Shown: positions 1 to 9,584 of the stretch, in pieces
How the letters are laid out: each line of letters opens with the position of its first letter
Position numbering within the stretch: position 1 is the first letter of the stretch
Virus record (IMG/VR): IMGVR_UViG_3300042389_001027
Location: 32,001 to 96,000 of that record
Source: a virus
Reading direction: 5' to 3' (one strand)
DNA length: 64,000 bases
Position numbers and translations under genes: made by a program
Notes under the pieces: model-generated
Databases searched by the model: none
What the model was told of the DNA's origin: nothing
What the model saw: the letters and a program-made list of their open reading frames with translations, nothing else

Positions 1-1157
1 TCAACCTTCTTTTTCCCAGTTCCACCACGGTACTCATTGATACTGATAAGACCTTGCTGGAATTCGTCCATCAGGTAACGCTCACGTTCCTGCTTAGCCA
101 TAATCAAGATGGGGACGGTGCTCGTATCAAAGTCCACGTAGTACTTGTCGTCAAGTTCGTCAAATGCCCGAGCCAATGGCTCTAGGTGAGGAAGCATTGT
201 TTCCATCCAGAAAACGCGAAGTTCTTCTGAAGCATTGGAGAACGTGCGTCCTGCAGCATTGCCGATAACTGATTCAGGAACACCAAAAGCGGCAAGAATT
301 TCTTCTTTCTGAATCTGTCGCATTTGGGTGTATGCAGCATCACGTGGAGACGCTGATGTGTCAACGAAGTCAACGCCATCATCAGATGAGATGACGGTTG
401 TGGCTCCTGTACGGCTTAGGTTCCCACGGAAACGATTGCGTAATTCATCCTTATCGTCGTCGTCCATTTCGCCACGAACTACAAGTAGCCCGCCGGGGCG
501 ACCGTCGTTTAATAGGTAGTTGCGGTTATACAACTTGGAAAGGTTTTCTAGTTCAATAGCGATACCTGCTGACTCCATTGGAGTGATTGATAGGTACGGG
601 TCAAGTGGGTGAGGTCTGCGAATCCAGACGACATCCTCTGGCTTGAGAGTGACCTTCGTGCCGTTCCGCATATCTACTTCGTAGCCAGAAATGAACTTTC
701 GGGCGTCAGGGATTGGGGCGGTGTGTTGGGGCGGCAACAGGTGTAGGGCGATGATTTGTCCGTTACGACCACGAACTTTCTCAACAAATACTCCTCGGCT
801 ACTCATCAATAACTGTGATGAGAGTCGGTATCGGAAGATGAACGAGTTTTCGCCTTCGTTTGTTTTGGTGTTGAAGATGTCAAGAAGCGGGTTCTTTGAC
901 TTCAGAATTTCCCCAGAAGGCGAATTGTCTTTACGTAAAATGATGGGTAGGCGTGCTTGGTTCCCTGCGATTGCGTCAATGCATCGGAATACCCATGTGA
1001 CTTTTTGGGCACCCTCACGGTAGGCGCGTTCAATGTCCCAATGGTCTTTGTAGGGTTTGTTAACCAAGCCGGGGTTGAAGGCGACTGGTGCGCCAGCATT
1101 CAGTATTGACTTTTCGCTACTAGGCGATAAGTCTTTATTGCTTGAATTCCAACCCAT
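1..1157 (-). CDS. HK97-family phage portal protein (5' part; runs off the left edge)
   Basis: Manual translation of the 5' end from ATG at 1157: MGWNSSNKD...YREGAQKVTWVFRCIDAIAGNQARLPIIL, and later GGLLVVRGEMDDDDKDELRNRF. These are typical portal motifs. Absent from the ORF track, consistent with an open end. Confidence 0.85.
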   Translation of the reverse strand, partial: MGWNSSNKDLSPSSEKSILNAGAPVAFNPGLVNKPYKDHWDIERAYREGAQKVTWVFRCIDAIAGNQARLPIILRKDNSPSGEILKSKNPLLDIFNTKTNEGENSFIFRYRLSSQLLMSSRGVFVEKVRGRNGQIIALHLLPPQHTAPIPDARKFISGYEVDMRNGTKVTLKPEDVVWIRRPHPLDPYLSITPMESAGIAIELENLSKLYNRNYLLNDGRPGGLLVVRGEMDDDDKDELRNRFRGNLSRTGATTVISSDDGVDFVDTSASPRDAAYTQMRQIQKEEILAAFGVPESVIGNAAGRTFSNASEELRVFWMETMLPHLEPLARAFDELDDKYYVDFDTSTVPILIMAKQERERYLMDEFQQGLISINEYRGGTGKKKV

Positions 1158-1333
1158 TAGTCACGTCCCAACAAAAATCCGTACAAACCAGAACAGACCC
1201 CTAAGGAAACTAGCCCTACGGGTGGTACTATAATTGCAATACCTGCTGATGTACAGATTACAAAAGAAATCATCAGAACATGTGCAGCATTTGCCCTTGT
1301 CATGCGGGCGCTTAGGAATTGTTTTAGTTTCAT
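1157..1333 (-). CDS. small two-TM membrane protein upstream of portal (58 aa)
   Basis: MKLKQFLSARMTRANAAHVLMISFVICTSAGIAIIVPPVGLVSLGVCSGLYGFLLGRD; TAATG stop/start overlap with the portal gene. Confidence 0.7.
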   Translation of the reverse strand: MKLKQFLSARMTRANAAHVLMISFVICTSAGIAIIVPPVGLVSLGVCSGLYGFLLGRD

Positions 1334-1401
1334 GTAGGCGTCACCTTAGCGCAGTACTCTGCAATAATACAGCACTGACAGGTGCCTAGCATGGTGGAGT
1401 T

Positions 1402-2706
1402 ATGACGGACTGGAACAAAGTTCTTGCATATTTGGAACCGCGACCGTCTCCTTATTGTCCTGAGGAGCCGTCGCTCACGCAGCGCGTCTTTCTGCGTACT
1501 AATGCACTTGAGGCTTTGTTTGGCGGCGCTGCGGGTGGGGGCAAGTCTTCCGCACTCTTAATGTCTGCTATGCAGTACGTGGACGTCCCCAACTACTCCG
1601 CAATTCTTTTCCGCCGCACCTACGCTGACTTGTCTCTTCCTGGCGCATTGATGGACAGATTCAAGGACTGGATTGCAGGGCAAGAGGATATTCACTGGAA
1701 TGCTAACAGTTATGTCGCAACATTCCCATCTGGAGCGCGTATTTCATTTGGCTATTTAAATAATACTAATGACTATTTACGCTATAAAGGTTCTGAATTC
1801 CAATTTATCGGCATGGACGAAGTCACCGAAATCCGTGAATCCGACTACCGATATCTATTCTCCCGTCTCCGCCGACCTGCCAGCGGACCGCTCTCGCAGG
1901 TTCCCCTAAGGATGCGAGCCGCCTCAAACCCTGCCCCCAACTGGGTAAGACAAAGATTCATCGTGGAAGGCAAAGAAACTGGGCGAATCTTTGTTCCATC
2001 ATTACTGAAGGACAACCCAGGCATTGACGCCGACTCCTACAGAATGGCACTCCAAGCCCTAGACCCCGTTGAGCGCAACCGTCTAGAAAAAGGTGACTGG
2101 TGGTCAACTTCGCTCGGAACACTGTTTGACCGTAACGATTTCGTCATAATTGACCCCCACGAAGTCCCTATTGTTACTTCAGCCGCTCGTGCTGTCCGAT
2201 TTTGGGACTTAGCGGCGACTGAACCTCACTCAGGGAACCTTGACCCTGACTGGACGGTTGGAACATTAGTACTCTTTGACCAAGGCATCGCCTACGTGAT
2301 GGATGTCCGTAAAATTAGGGCAAAAGGCGACAAAGTTGAGCAATTAATCGCTCAAACAGCCGCCGAAGACGGCAAAACTGTCTCAATCCGAATTGAACAA
2401 GAACCAGGCTCCTCGGGGAAGGCGCTAATTGACCAATACGCAAGGTATGTGGTTCCTGGTTATGACCTTGTTGGCTTGAGAGCATCAGGCGACAAGGTGA
2501 CACGAGCAAGACCGTTTGCGGCTGCCGTTGCTAACGGAAACGTGCGATTAGTTCGTGGGGCTTGGATTACAGACTTCTTGGACGAAATGGCATCATTCCC
2601 CGAAGCATGTAACCACGATGACCAAGTTGACTCCGTCGTTGGAGCATTTACTTATCTTGCGGGCTTGGGGTTGCCACAGCGGAGGCGTGCTGCTATTCTC
2701 ATCTGA
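1402..2706 (+). CDS. terL: terminase large subunit
   Basis: Walker A GGAAGGGKS, Walker B FIGMDE, RAASNP coupling motif, nuclease motifs RFWDLAAT, DWTVG, HDDQVD. Confidence 0.93.
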   Translation: MTDWNKVLAYLEPRPSPYCPEEPSLTQRVFLRTNALEALFGGAAGGGKSSALLMSAMQYVDVPNYSAILFRRTYADLSLPGALMDRFKDWIAGQEDIHWNANSYVATFPSGARISFGYLNNTNDYLRYKGSEFQFIGMDEVTEIRESDYRYLFSRLRRPASGPLSQVPLRMRAASNPAPNWVRQRFIVEGKETGRIFVPSLLKDNPGIDADSYRMALQALDPVERNRLEKGDWWSTSLGTLFDRNDFVIIDPHEVPIVTSAARAVRFWDLAATEPHSGNLDPDWTVGTLVLFDQGIAYVMDVRKIRAKGDKVEQLIAQTAAEDGKTVSIRIEQEPGSSGKALIDQYARYVVPGYDLVGLRASGDKVTRARPFAAAVANGNVRLVRGAWITDFLDEMASFPEACNHDDQVDSVVGAFTYLAGLGLPQRRRAAILI

Positions 2707-2740
2707 CGTAAACCTACCTACGACATACCGAGAGGATATT

Positions 2741-3241
2741 GTGACTGACCTAAACGCCTTACTGGCGAAACTAAACAAACTGCTGATTGACGTAGACACA
2801 AAGTTGAGCGAGTTCACGGATAGCAACCCATCCATTGATGATGTTGGCGCAACACTGATTGAACTTCATTCACTGAAAGCCGCATTTGGCGATGTGTACT
2901 CTACGTACTCCGCACGTGCTACGAAGTTGTTCCAAGACGCGCAAGTTGAGGACATGGCGTATGGAGAAAACCGTATTGAAGTACGGACTGCATCTGATAG
3001 AAAGCAGTGGGAGCACCCGCGACTGATTGCGGAAGTGGCACGGCGTCTCGTATCAGAATCAATTGATATGGATACTGGCGAAGTAATGACTTCCCCTGAA
3101 GAATTGATTGCCAAGGTTTTGGACTTTGTCCAACCTTCATACTGGCGTATTAAAGAACTCTCTAAAATCGGCATTAACGCAGACAAGTTCTGCGAGGTCG
3201 GCGAATACAAAACAAACATCATTGTCAGAAAGGCAAAGTGA
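2741..3241 (+). CDS. hypothetical phage protein (recombination-module associated)
   Basis: Likely GTG start at 2741 after GAGG; helical protein abutting the Rad52-like gene. Confidence 0.6.
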   Translation: MTDLNALLAKLNKLLIDVDTKLSEFTDSNPSIDDVGATLIELHSLKAAFGDVYSTYSARATKLFQDAQVEDMAYGENRIEVRTASDRKQWEHPRLIAEVARRLVSESIDMDTGEVMTSPEELIAKVLDFVQPSYWRIKELSKIGINADKFCEVGEYKTNIIVRKAK

Positions 3242-3246
3242 TAGAC

Positions 3247-4050
3247 ATGGCAACAGCAAAGAAAGCAAATCAGGACGCTATCTTGGATGCAATCGTGCAA
3301 GAAGTGGAAACGTCAGAAACAGCAGCGTCAATGCATATTGAGTGGCGAAAAGAGCGTGAACAGGAAGAGAAGCGTCACGCACAGCGCACGACACAAATGG
3401 CAAAAGACCTTGCGGAACCATTTGCTCCTGAAGTGGAAAAAGTTCTCAAAAAGGGCGGAGCATCGCTTACTTATATTCCCGTTAGTGAAGTTATTAACCG
3501 AATGAACAAAGTATTTGGTATTGATGGGTGGAGTAGTGAAATCATTAAATGCGAGCGCGACGCCCACGACCCAGACTTTATTGTTGCATGTGTTCGCATT
3601 ACTGCGTACACCCACGGAGACCGATTCGTAAGCATCTCTAAGGATGGTTACGGCGGACAGAAAATTAAGCGCACTAAAGCGGGAGATATTGTTGACTTGG
3701 GCGACGAGTTCAAGGGTGCAGTCTCAGACGCGCTAAAGAAAGCAGTGCAACAGTTTGGAATTGGTTTGTACCTTGCTCGTAGTGAGGAGGCATTAAGTCT
3801 TGACGAAGCGGAAGAAGCGGCAGCAAGTGCACCTCAGGTAAGCGACATGTACCCCAAGTTCAAAACGTTTTTGGACAAGTTCAGCCCTGACCAAAAGGGT
3901 GAGGTCAAAACATTCTGGAGCAAGTACAGCAATGGTCGCCCCACTCCCAAGCCACACGAATTCACTGATTCTGAACTCCAAGCACTAATTGCAGAATGTG
4001 TCCGAATTGAATTTAGTGGCATTGCGGTAAGTGGTTTGTCAAGTGAGTGA
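3247..4050 (+). CDS. Rad52/Rad22 (Sak-like) single-strand annealing protein
   Basis: LTYIPVSEVINRMNKVFGIDGWS and KGAVSDALKKAVQQFGIGLYL motifs. Confidence 0.85.
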   Translation: MATAKKANQDAILDAIVQEVETSETAASMHIEWRKEREQEEKRHAQRTTQMAKDLAEPFAPEVEKVLKKGGASLTYIPVSEVINRMNKVFGIDGWSSEIIKCERDAHDPDFIVACVRITAYTHGDRFVSISKDGYGGQKIKRTKAGDIVDLGDEFKGAVSDALKKAVQQFGIGLYLARSEEALSLDEAEEAAASAPQVSDMYPKFKTFLDKFSPDQKGEVKTFWSKYSNGRPTPKPHEFTDSELQALIAECVRIEFSGIAVSGLSSE

Positions 4051-4813
4051 TGTGACCCTGATACCACCCCCGCATTTGTCGGCATCTTCTATATCAACAT
4101 TCCAACAGTGTCCCCTTCGGTACAAGTATTCACGGATTGATGAACTCCCTGAACCGCCGTCAGAAGCATCCCTCATGGGTAACTTTGTCCACGATATTTT
4201 GGAGGGGCTCTATAGGCAGGAGTCATCTACCCGAACACTAGGTACGGCACGCATGCTTGCTGCATCTCTGTGGAATGACTACGAAGAACGCGCCATGAAA
4301 GTTGCGAAAACACCTGAGGCAATTAGGCGATTCCGCTGGAACTCATGGTGGTGTGTAGAGAAATTGTTTTCAATGGAAGACCCTACGCAACGCGAGTTTG
4401 ATGGTCTTGAGCATGAAATCAATCATGAAATTAATGGCGTTCGCGTCAAGGGCTTCATTGATAGATGGCATTTACATAACGATGGAATTGTAATTGGCGA
4501 CTACAAAACTGGGAAAACCCCTAAGCCTCATTATGCAGGGGACAAGTTTTTTCAGTTGCTCCTCTACGGAGTCGTACTTCACGAGCAACTTGGAAAGCCA
4601 ATAGAGTCTGTGGAATTGCTTTACATCAAAGATGGTGAGCGACTCCACAAATCACCCACCGCCGAAGATATGCAAAGTGTCTACGACACCGTGGTGGAAA
4701 TTAGAACAGGAATAGACGAGCGTTGCGCCACTGGAGAGTTTGAGTACAAGCCTTCCAGACTGTGCGACTGGTGTTCGTTTAAGTCAATATGCCCATACTG
4801 GAGAAAAAAATGA
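4043..4813 (+). CDS. PD-(D/E)XK RecB/Cas4-like exonuclease
   Basis: LSASSISTFQQCP, GFIDR, DYKTGK, QLLLY, and C-terminal CDWCSFKSICP (4-Cys cluster pattern). Confidence 0.85.
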   Translation: MSDVTLIPPPHLSASSISTFQQCPLRYKYSRIDELPEPPSEASLMGNFVHDILEGLYRQESSTRTLGTARMLAASLWNDYEERAMKVAKTPEAIRRFRWNSWWCVEKLFSMEDPTQREFDGLEHEINHEINGVRVKGFIDRWHLHNDGIVIGDYKTGKTPKPHYAGDKFFQLLLYGVVLHEQLGKPIESVELLYIKDGERLHKSPTAEDMQSVYDTVVEIRTGIDERCATGEFEYKPSRLCDWCSFKSICPYWRKK

Positions 4814-5325
4814 ATGACGATACATTTGCCCGTGTAGTTGCGGAAGATGTAAAAAATCGCGCAACACAACCACAAAAGGAATACCTTAAACTTCCTGAAA
4901 ACTGGAGTCGTTGGCAACGTGCACTGTCCACGCTGGAAAACAACCTTAATGACCAACTTGAAGGTATTTATACCTACGAGCAAGAACAGATAAAGACGTT
5001 TCAAACGCTCGGTCAAGATGGCATCAAACTGATTGCGGAAGCAACAGCCGAACACGAAGCACGCCGTAAGAAAATTGAACGCTTCAAGTTTCATGTGACA
5101 AACAGGCTTGATGAAGTTACACGCATGATTGCTGTTGGCGGGGAAGCGATTGACGAACGACTTCATGTTGTGGATTTTTTGCGTCGCGCAATTGAGCAAC
5201 ACAAAGCAATGATGATTTCATACGACCTTGAACCGACCCCAATAGACGGCGCACTATGGGCTGCACTTGACGGACGTTGGGAATTTGACAACCTGTCCGA
5301 GGAAGACATTCTTTCGTTCTCATGA
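4810..5325 (+). CDS. hypothetical helical/coiled-coil protein
   Basis: ORF overlapping both neighbours by ATGA. Confidence 0.6.
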   Translation: MNDDTFARVVAEDVKNRATQPQKEYLKLPENWSRWQRALSTLENNLNDQLEGIYTYEQEQIKTFQTLGQDGIKLIAEATAEHEARRKKIERFKFHVTNRLDEVTRMIAVGGEAIDERLHVVDFLRRAIEQHKAMMISYDLEPTPIDGALWAALDGRWEFDNLSEEDILSFS

Positions 5326-6485
5326 CACGACAACGCATGTTCCTAGACATCTCGTGTGTTGATGCCGCACGTGAACGTATGCGACACGTATATGACACGT
5401 TTGACACGGTGTGCGTACAATTCTCTGGAGGGAAGGACTCAACTGCTGTTCTGTATCTTGCTAAAGAAATCCATGAAGAACGGAATCTCGGACCAGTAAA
5501 AGTTATTTTTCGTGACGAGGAGATGGTTAGCCCTCTTGTCATTGATTTCATAATGAAAGTACGTGATTACGACTGGGTTGACATGGAGTGGTACTGCCTC
5601 CCCGTTGGGCAGGAGGTCTGGGTGCTTGGGCGCAGAGAGTATTGCTTGCTCTGGTCACCAGAGCGCGCCAAGCGAGACATGCTTGTACGTGAAATGCCAT
5701 CGTTCGCAATTCGTGCAGAGCACTTTGGTATAGACCCATCTCGTCCAATTCCTGAAACGATTGACTTCTACACCATGCAAGGCAAGCGTGGACGGACTGC
5801 TTTTATTACAGGTGTACGCGCTAACGAGTCCATGATTCGCTACAGGTCGTGCGTGCAGAAACTGCATGAGAACTACATCAACATTCCATTCCGAATGAAG
5901 AAGTCAGTTCCCCTCAGGTTCGCAAAGGTTATCTATGACTGGACAACTGATGATGTACTGAAATTCATTACTGAAGAACACGGTGGTGAGTATTGCGAGT
6001 ACTACGACCTTGCCTCTATTACTGGAAGTAATACGCGCGTCGGTATCCCGTTGCATGCCGTAGCCTCCCGCCGAATCGGCGATGTCGTCGCTACCGAACC
6101 TGAGTTCTTTGACCGACTCTATGATTGCTACCCCCATATTGACGCACAGCGCAGATGGTGGAGCGAATTCAACGTGGAAGCGCTTATTGCTCGCTACGTT
6201 GAGGAAGGCTGGGATGGGGTTCGGCAGTGTATTGACGACAACATGCTGACGCCGGGGATGCAGGGTGCTGCAATGAAATTTGCGGGAGAGTTCAGAAAGA
6301 AGCAGGCAACGGACAAGTTTGGCTACCCGCTGGATTCCCTCATTCGCACGCTTTTGTTGAACGAGTTCCAAGTCACCTCTCCCAACCCAGTCGGACCGAA
6401 AACGCGAGCCCACACCTTGAGGACTCTTGCAGCGCAACAAGAACAAGACCAGAACGACCTAGATAGTTTGGATGATTTTAAATGA
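5322..6485 (+). CDS. PAPS-reductase-like PP-loop protein (YbdN/IbrA-like)
   Basis: FSGGKDS PP-loop, GVRANESMIR, IYDWTTDDV; paired with a ParB-like gene. Confidence 0.82.
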   Translation: MTRQRMFLDISCVDAARERMRHVYDTFDTVCVQFSGGKDSTAVLYLAKEIHEERNLGPVKVIFRDEEMVSPLVIDFIMKVRDYDWVDMEWYCLPVGQEVWVLGRREYCLLWSPERAKRDMLVREMPSFAIRAEHFGIDPSRPIPETIDFYTMQGKRGRTAFITGVRANESMIRYRSCVQKLHENYINIPFRMKKSVPLRFAKVIYDWTTDDVLKFITEEHGGEYCEYYDLASITGSNTRVGIPLHAVASRRIGDVVATEPEFFDRLYDCYPHIDAQRRWWSEFNVEALIARYVEEGWDGVRQCIDDNMLTPGMQGAAMKFAGEFRKKQATDKFGYPLDSLIRTLLLNEFQVTSPNPVGPKTRAHTLRTLAAQQEQDQNDLDSLDDFK

Positions 6486-7027
6486 ACTACTCAGAAATGC
6501 CAATCAATTCACTAAAGCCTGCACCTTGGCGAGTCAACTATGTCCTGAAGCCAGACATGTTGTTACTGTCTCAGTCAATGAATGATTATGGCTGGCTGCA
6601 ACCAATAGTGGTTCAGAAATCAACCAGCCACATAATTGACGGGTTTCACAGATGGGTTACTGCTCAAAGCGCTGATTTTATCAAAAAACATGGCAAGAGC
6701 GTTCCAGTTATTGTCGTTGACGTTGACAATGTTGACGCAATGATTATGCATATTCGCCTAAATCGTGCGCGAGGTAACATATTTGCTAAGCCTTTCAGTA
6801 AATTAATCAGAACTCTTGTCGTCTCAGATAAGTATGATGCTGATGAAGTTGCAGACATGTTGAACATGTCAGCGGACGAATTTGACCTCATGTTGACGGG
6901 TGGTTTGCTGAAACAACGCAAGATTCCGCAACATCAATACTCAAAAGCGTGGGTTCCTGTAGAGGCACCGAGTAAAGGCGAATTAGATAATCAGGTTATT
7001 GAGCGTCCACCTAATGCTGATAGATGA
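6482..7027 (+). CDS. ParB/Srx-fold protein (YbdM/IbrB-like)
   Basis: GWLQPIVV...IIDGFHRW...IRLNRARG followed by an HTH-like segment. Confidence 0.82.
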   Translation: MNYSEMPINSLKPAPWRVNYVLKPDMLLLSQSMNDYGWLQPIVVQKSTSHIIDGFHRWVTAQSADFIKKHGKSVPVIVVDVDNVDAMIMHIRLNRARGNIFAKPFSKLIRTLVVSDKYDADEVADMLNMSADEFDLMLTGGLLKQRKIPQHQYSKAWVPVEAPSKGELDNQVIERPPNADR

Positions 7028-7086
7028 TTTATCAGGCAAATTAATTGTGGTAATGTTGGTCAGTCTCGCATTTGGAGGACTGGCTA

Positions 7087-7503
7087 ATGCCCACAAGCCT
7101 TACAACAGAAGATGTTGAATTCTTAACTGATGTTGACACCCGTGGCGACGTTGTGCGTCGTGCTCGGTTTATTCGTCGTCCCCGACGAGTCAATGGTCGC
7201 AATGTTCCTGGCAATGCTCGCTATTACCGTCGTCGTCAGCGTGAACTTCTTGCTGGTAGACGCGCAGCACAACGAGCCGAGCGCGGCGGAGCACGGGCTG
7301 CTGCTGCTGGTCGTGCTGCACGGTCTGCTGGGGGGCGCGCCGCTCGTGCCCCACGTGGTGCTGGAGGAGCGGCACCTGCTGGTGGTGAGCGGCGTGCAGG
7401 GTTCTTGACGCGCCTTCGCCGTGGCGTTCGTAACGTTGCTCGGCGAGTAGAGGCAAACCGTCGCAATAGGCGCGAGCGAGCCAATCGTCCGCCAACACGG
7501 TAG
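7087..7503 (+). CDS. very basic Arg/Ala/Gly-rich protein (possible DNA-condensing/core protein)
   Basis: GGAGG RBS, then ATG at 7087; short acidic N-terminus followed by a densely Arg-rich chain. Confidence 0.6.
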   Translation: MPTSLTTEDVEFLTDVDTRGDVVRRARFIRRPRRVNGRNVPGNARYYRRRQRELLAGRRAAQRAERGGARAAAAGRAARSAGGRAARAPRGAGGAAPAGGERRAGFLTRLRRGVRNVARRVEANRRNRRERANRPPTR

Positions 7504-7517
7504 GGAGGTAACCAGCC

Positions 7518-8150
7518 ATGCTGGTATCCGCATCTGACCTCTCCAAGTACATGGATATCCGATTTAGTAACCGCCAAGAGGAGGCTGCTGAATTTGTTCT
7601 TGAGGGTCTACAGAGTGAATTAGAGAGTTACTTGCGTCGTCCTGTTGAGCCGACGTTTTTTGAGGAAACTTACGTGCTTGAGTCAAATCACGTAGGCGTT
7701 CCGATGTCGTCGTTTTTCACTAACGAGTCATCTGCGTCAACGGATAGCATCAGTATGGTTTCATACATGCAACCCCCTCAAACCGTGTATTTGCGTAATT
7801 CTCCTGTCGTTGAGGTGGACGAAGTGACTCTCAAGCAGCAGGGGGCAGCGACTGCTACAACCTTGACTGAAGGCGTTGATTACGTAGTTCGCCGATACGG
7901 AATAGATTTATTTCGTGGGTTCGCTAATGACATTATTGGCGTTTCCTATACCGCAGGTCTGGCAGGCGATGGCATCAAAGTCTTCCGCCTAATGATTTTG
8001 CGTGCCGCAACTCGCGAGATGCAGAATATGCACGACGATGTTGTTGGTATTAAGGACTTGGAAACACGGAACGTGGCGCCTCTTGAAACGGGCTTCCTTG
8101 AAAAAGAGTTGCTTGCAGTGAAGCGTTGGCGCAGGAGCCGTGTCGCTTGA
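7518..8150 (+). CDS. head-tail adaptor/connector
   Basis: GGAGG RBS; LESYLRRPVE...SPVVEV...VSYTAG pattern; lies before the neck genes. Confidence 0.7.
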   Translation: MLVSASDLSKYMDIRFSNRQEEAAEFVLEGLQSELESYLRRPVEPTFFEETYVLESNHVGVPMSSFFTNESSASTDSISMVSYMQPPQTVYLRNSPVVEVDEVTLKQQGAATATTLTEGVDYVVRRYGIDLFRGFANDIIGVSYTAGLAGDGIKVFRLMILRAATREMQNMHDDVVGIKDLETRNVAPLETGFLEKELLAVKRWRRSRVA

Positions 8151-8602
8151 TTCGTATAAAGATTGACTGCGATGCCGACGATGCGATTGAATATCTAGAT
8201 GGCATGATTGCTAGAAGTCAGGATTTTGGTGTCGTGTTCCAATGGGCAAAACGCTATCTAGCAAGGGCAAATGCGGAAAACTTTGCCACTAGCGGTCTAC
8301 CTGTCGGTGGATGGTCTCCTCTCGCTGCTCGCTACTCGGCATGGAAGGCAACGCGCTTTCCTGGCATGCCAATCATGCAACAAACTGAAAAATTATTCCG
8401 TGACTTGACAAGCCTTAATGGTTCGCCAAATGAGATAAATGCAACAAGCGCAACCTTCGGCACGCGCATTGAATATGCTAAATTTCATCAGTACGGCACA
8501 ACGAGAATGCCTAAACGTCAGATTGTTTTTGAGCCACCTATGTTCGCGAAAGAACTTGCAGACGAGGCAGCAAAACATGTTGTTGGCGCGAGGAGGTCTT
8601 AA
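8147..8602 (+). CDS. virion morphogenesis / neck protein (gpG-like)
   Basis: ENFATSG...WSPL...YAKFHQYGTTRMPKRQ motif. Confidence 0.75.
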   Translation: MIRIKIDCDADDAIEYLDGMIARSQDFGVVFQWAKRYLARANAENFATSGLPVGGWSPLAARYSAWKATRFPGMPIMQQTEKLFRDLTSLNGSPNEINATSATFGTRIEYAKFHQYGTTRMPKRQIVFEPPMFAKELADEAAKHVVGARRS

Positions 8603-9198
8603 TGCCCACTGAACCAGATGTGGTGATGTTTGGCGCACATTTTGCCAAAAAAGTCGTCAATGATTATCTTGAATACGACATCCCGACGCGCCTCACAAGG
8701 TACAGGAACGCGTGGAATGTTGACGACTACACGTTGCCAGACCCACAAAAGTACTTGGTTTACGAACCAATCGCCCTTGACCACTGGCCGACGTTGATTA
8801 CTGTGGTCATTTCCACGAACTCATTTGACAGACTCATGAACTATGGCGCAGGAGACCCTTTGTATAGGGTTTCCTACTCAATGCGTACTTATATTTGGGC
8901 AAAGACCGAGGGTTCCGAAGAAGTTACGCTGATGCGTGACAGGCTTTCAACGGTCGTTCGTTCGTCGTTATTGGACTCGCCCTGCATGAAGGGCATCAAT
9001 GACCCGATTGTGGATGTCATGCTGGATGAAAGCACTGTGCGTGAAGAGTTTTCAGACTTGACGCTGATTAAAGGTGACCGTGTGCTCGCAGGAGCATATG
9101 TGGGGTATGATTTGTATCTAAACGAACTTATTTATCGGCAACCAATTGGTGGGATAAATGCAATTGATGCTGAGTTTTACAACATGCGAGGAACATGA
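8602..9198 (+). CDS. putative tail terminator/completion protein
   Basis: Position between neck and sheath genes; size. Confidence 0.5.
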   Translation: MPTEPDVVMFGAHFAKKVVNDYLEYDIPTRLTRYRNAWNVDDYTLPDPQKYLVYEPIALDHWPTLITVVISTNSFDRLMNYGAGDPLYRVSYSMRTYIWAKTEGSEEVTLMRDRLSTVVRSSLLDSPCMKGINDPIVDVMLDESTVREEFSDLTLIKGDRVLAGAYVGYDLYLNELIYRQPIGGINAIDAEFYNMRGT

Positions 9199-9524
9199 TG
9201 TCTGAAAAAAAAGTGTGGAACGCAAAAGAACATCCCATTATTTGTGATGCCAATGGAACTTACATCAAACCCAAGAAAAGCCTCTGGGTTGCCGACAATA
9301 CAGTCCTTGAAGGTCTAGTTAATCAGGGATTTGTTGTCATTTTGGATGAACGCCAAGAGGAACTAGCGGCGGCACCAAAGGCACGCACGACCCGCTCAAA
9401 GAAAATTACGGAGGAAACTCCTGAACAAGAGCAAGAAGTTGAAGTACAATTACCAGAAGAGTCTAGTGGTGAAGTTATTGACGAGGTTGCAACCGAATCA
9501 ATACTTACTGAAGACGAGCAATGA
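9195..9524 (+). CDS. hypothetical protein with acidic C-terminus
   Basis: ORF coupled to the upstream gene. Confidence 0.55.
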   Translation: MMSEKKVWNAKEHPIICDANGTYIKPKKSLWVADNTVLEGLVNQGFVVILDERQEELAAAPKARTTRSKKITEETPEQEQEVEVQLPEESSGEVIDEVATESILTEDEQ

Positions 9525-9584
9525 TTTAGGTATACTCGCTGAGGATATCTAATTCAAGGTTTCAATTAGCACGGAGGATGGCGA

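Noticed and set aside
4043-4813. Cas4 / CRISPR-Cas system
   Set aside because: Stand-alone RecB-family nuclease beside an annealase; no cas1/cas2 and no repeat-spacer array seen
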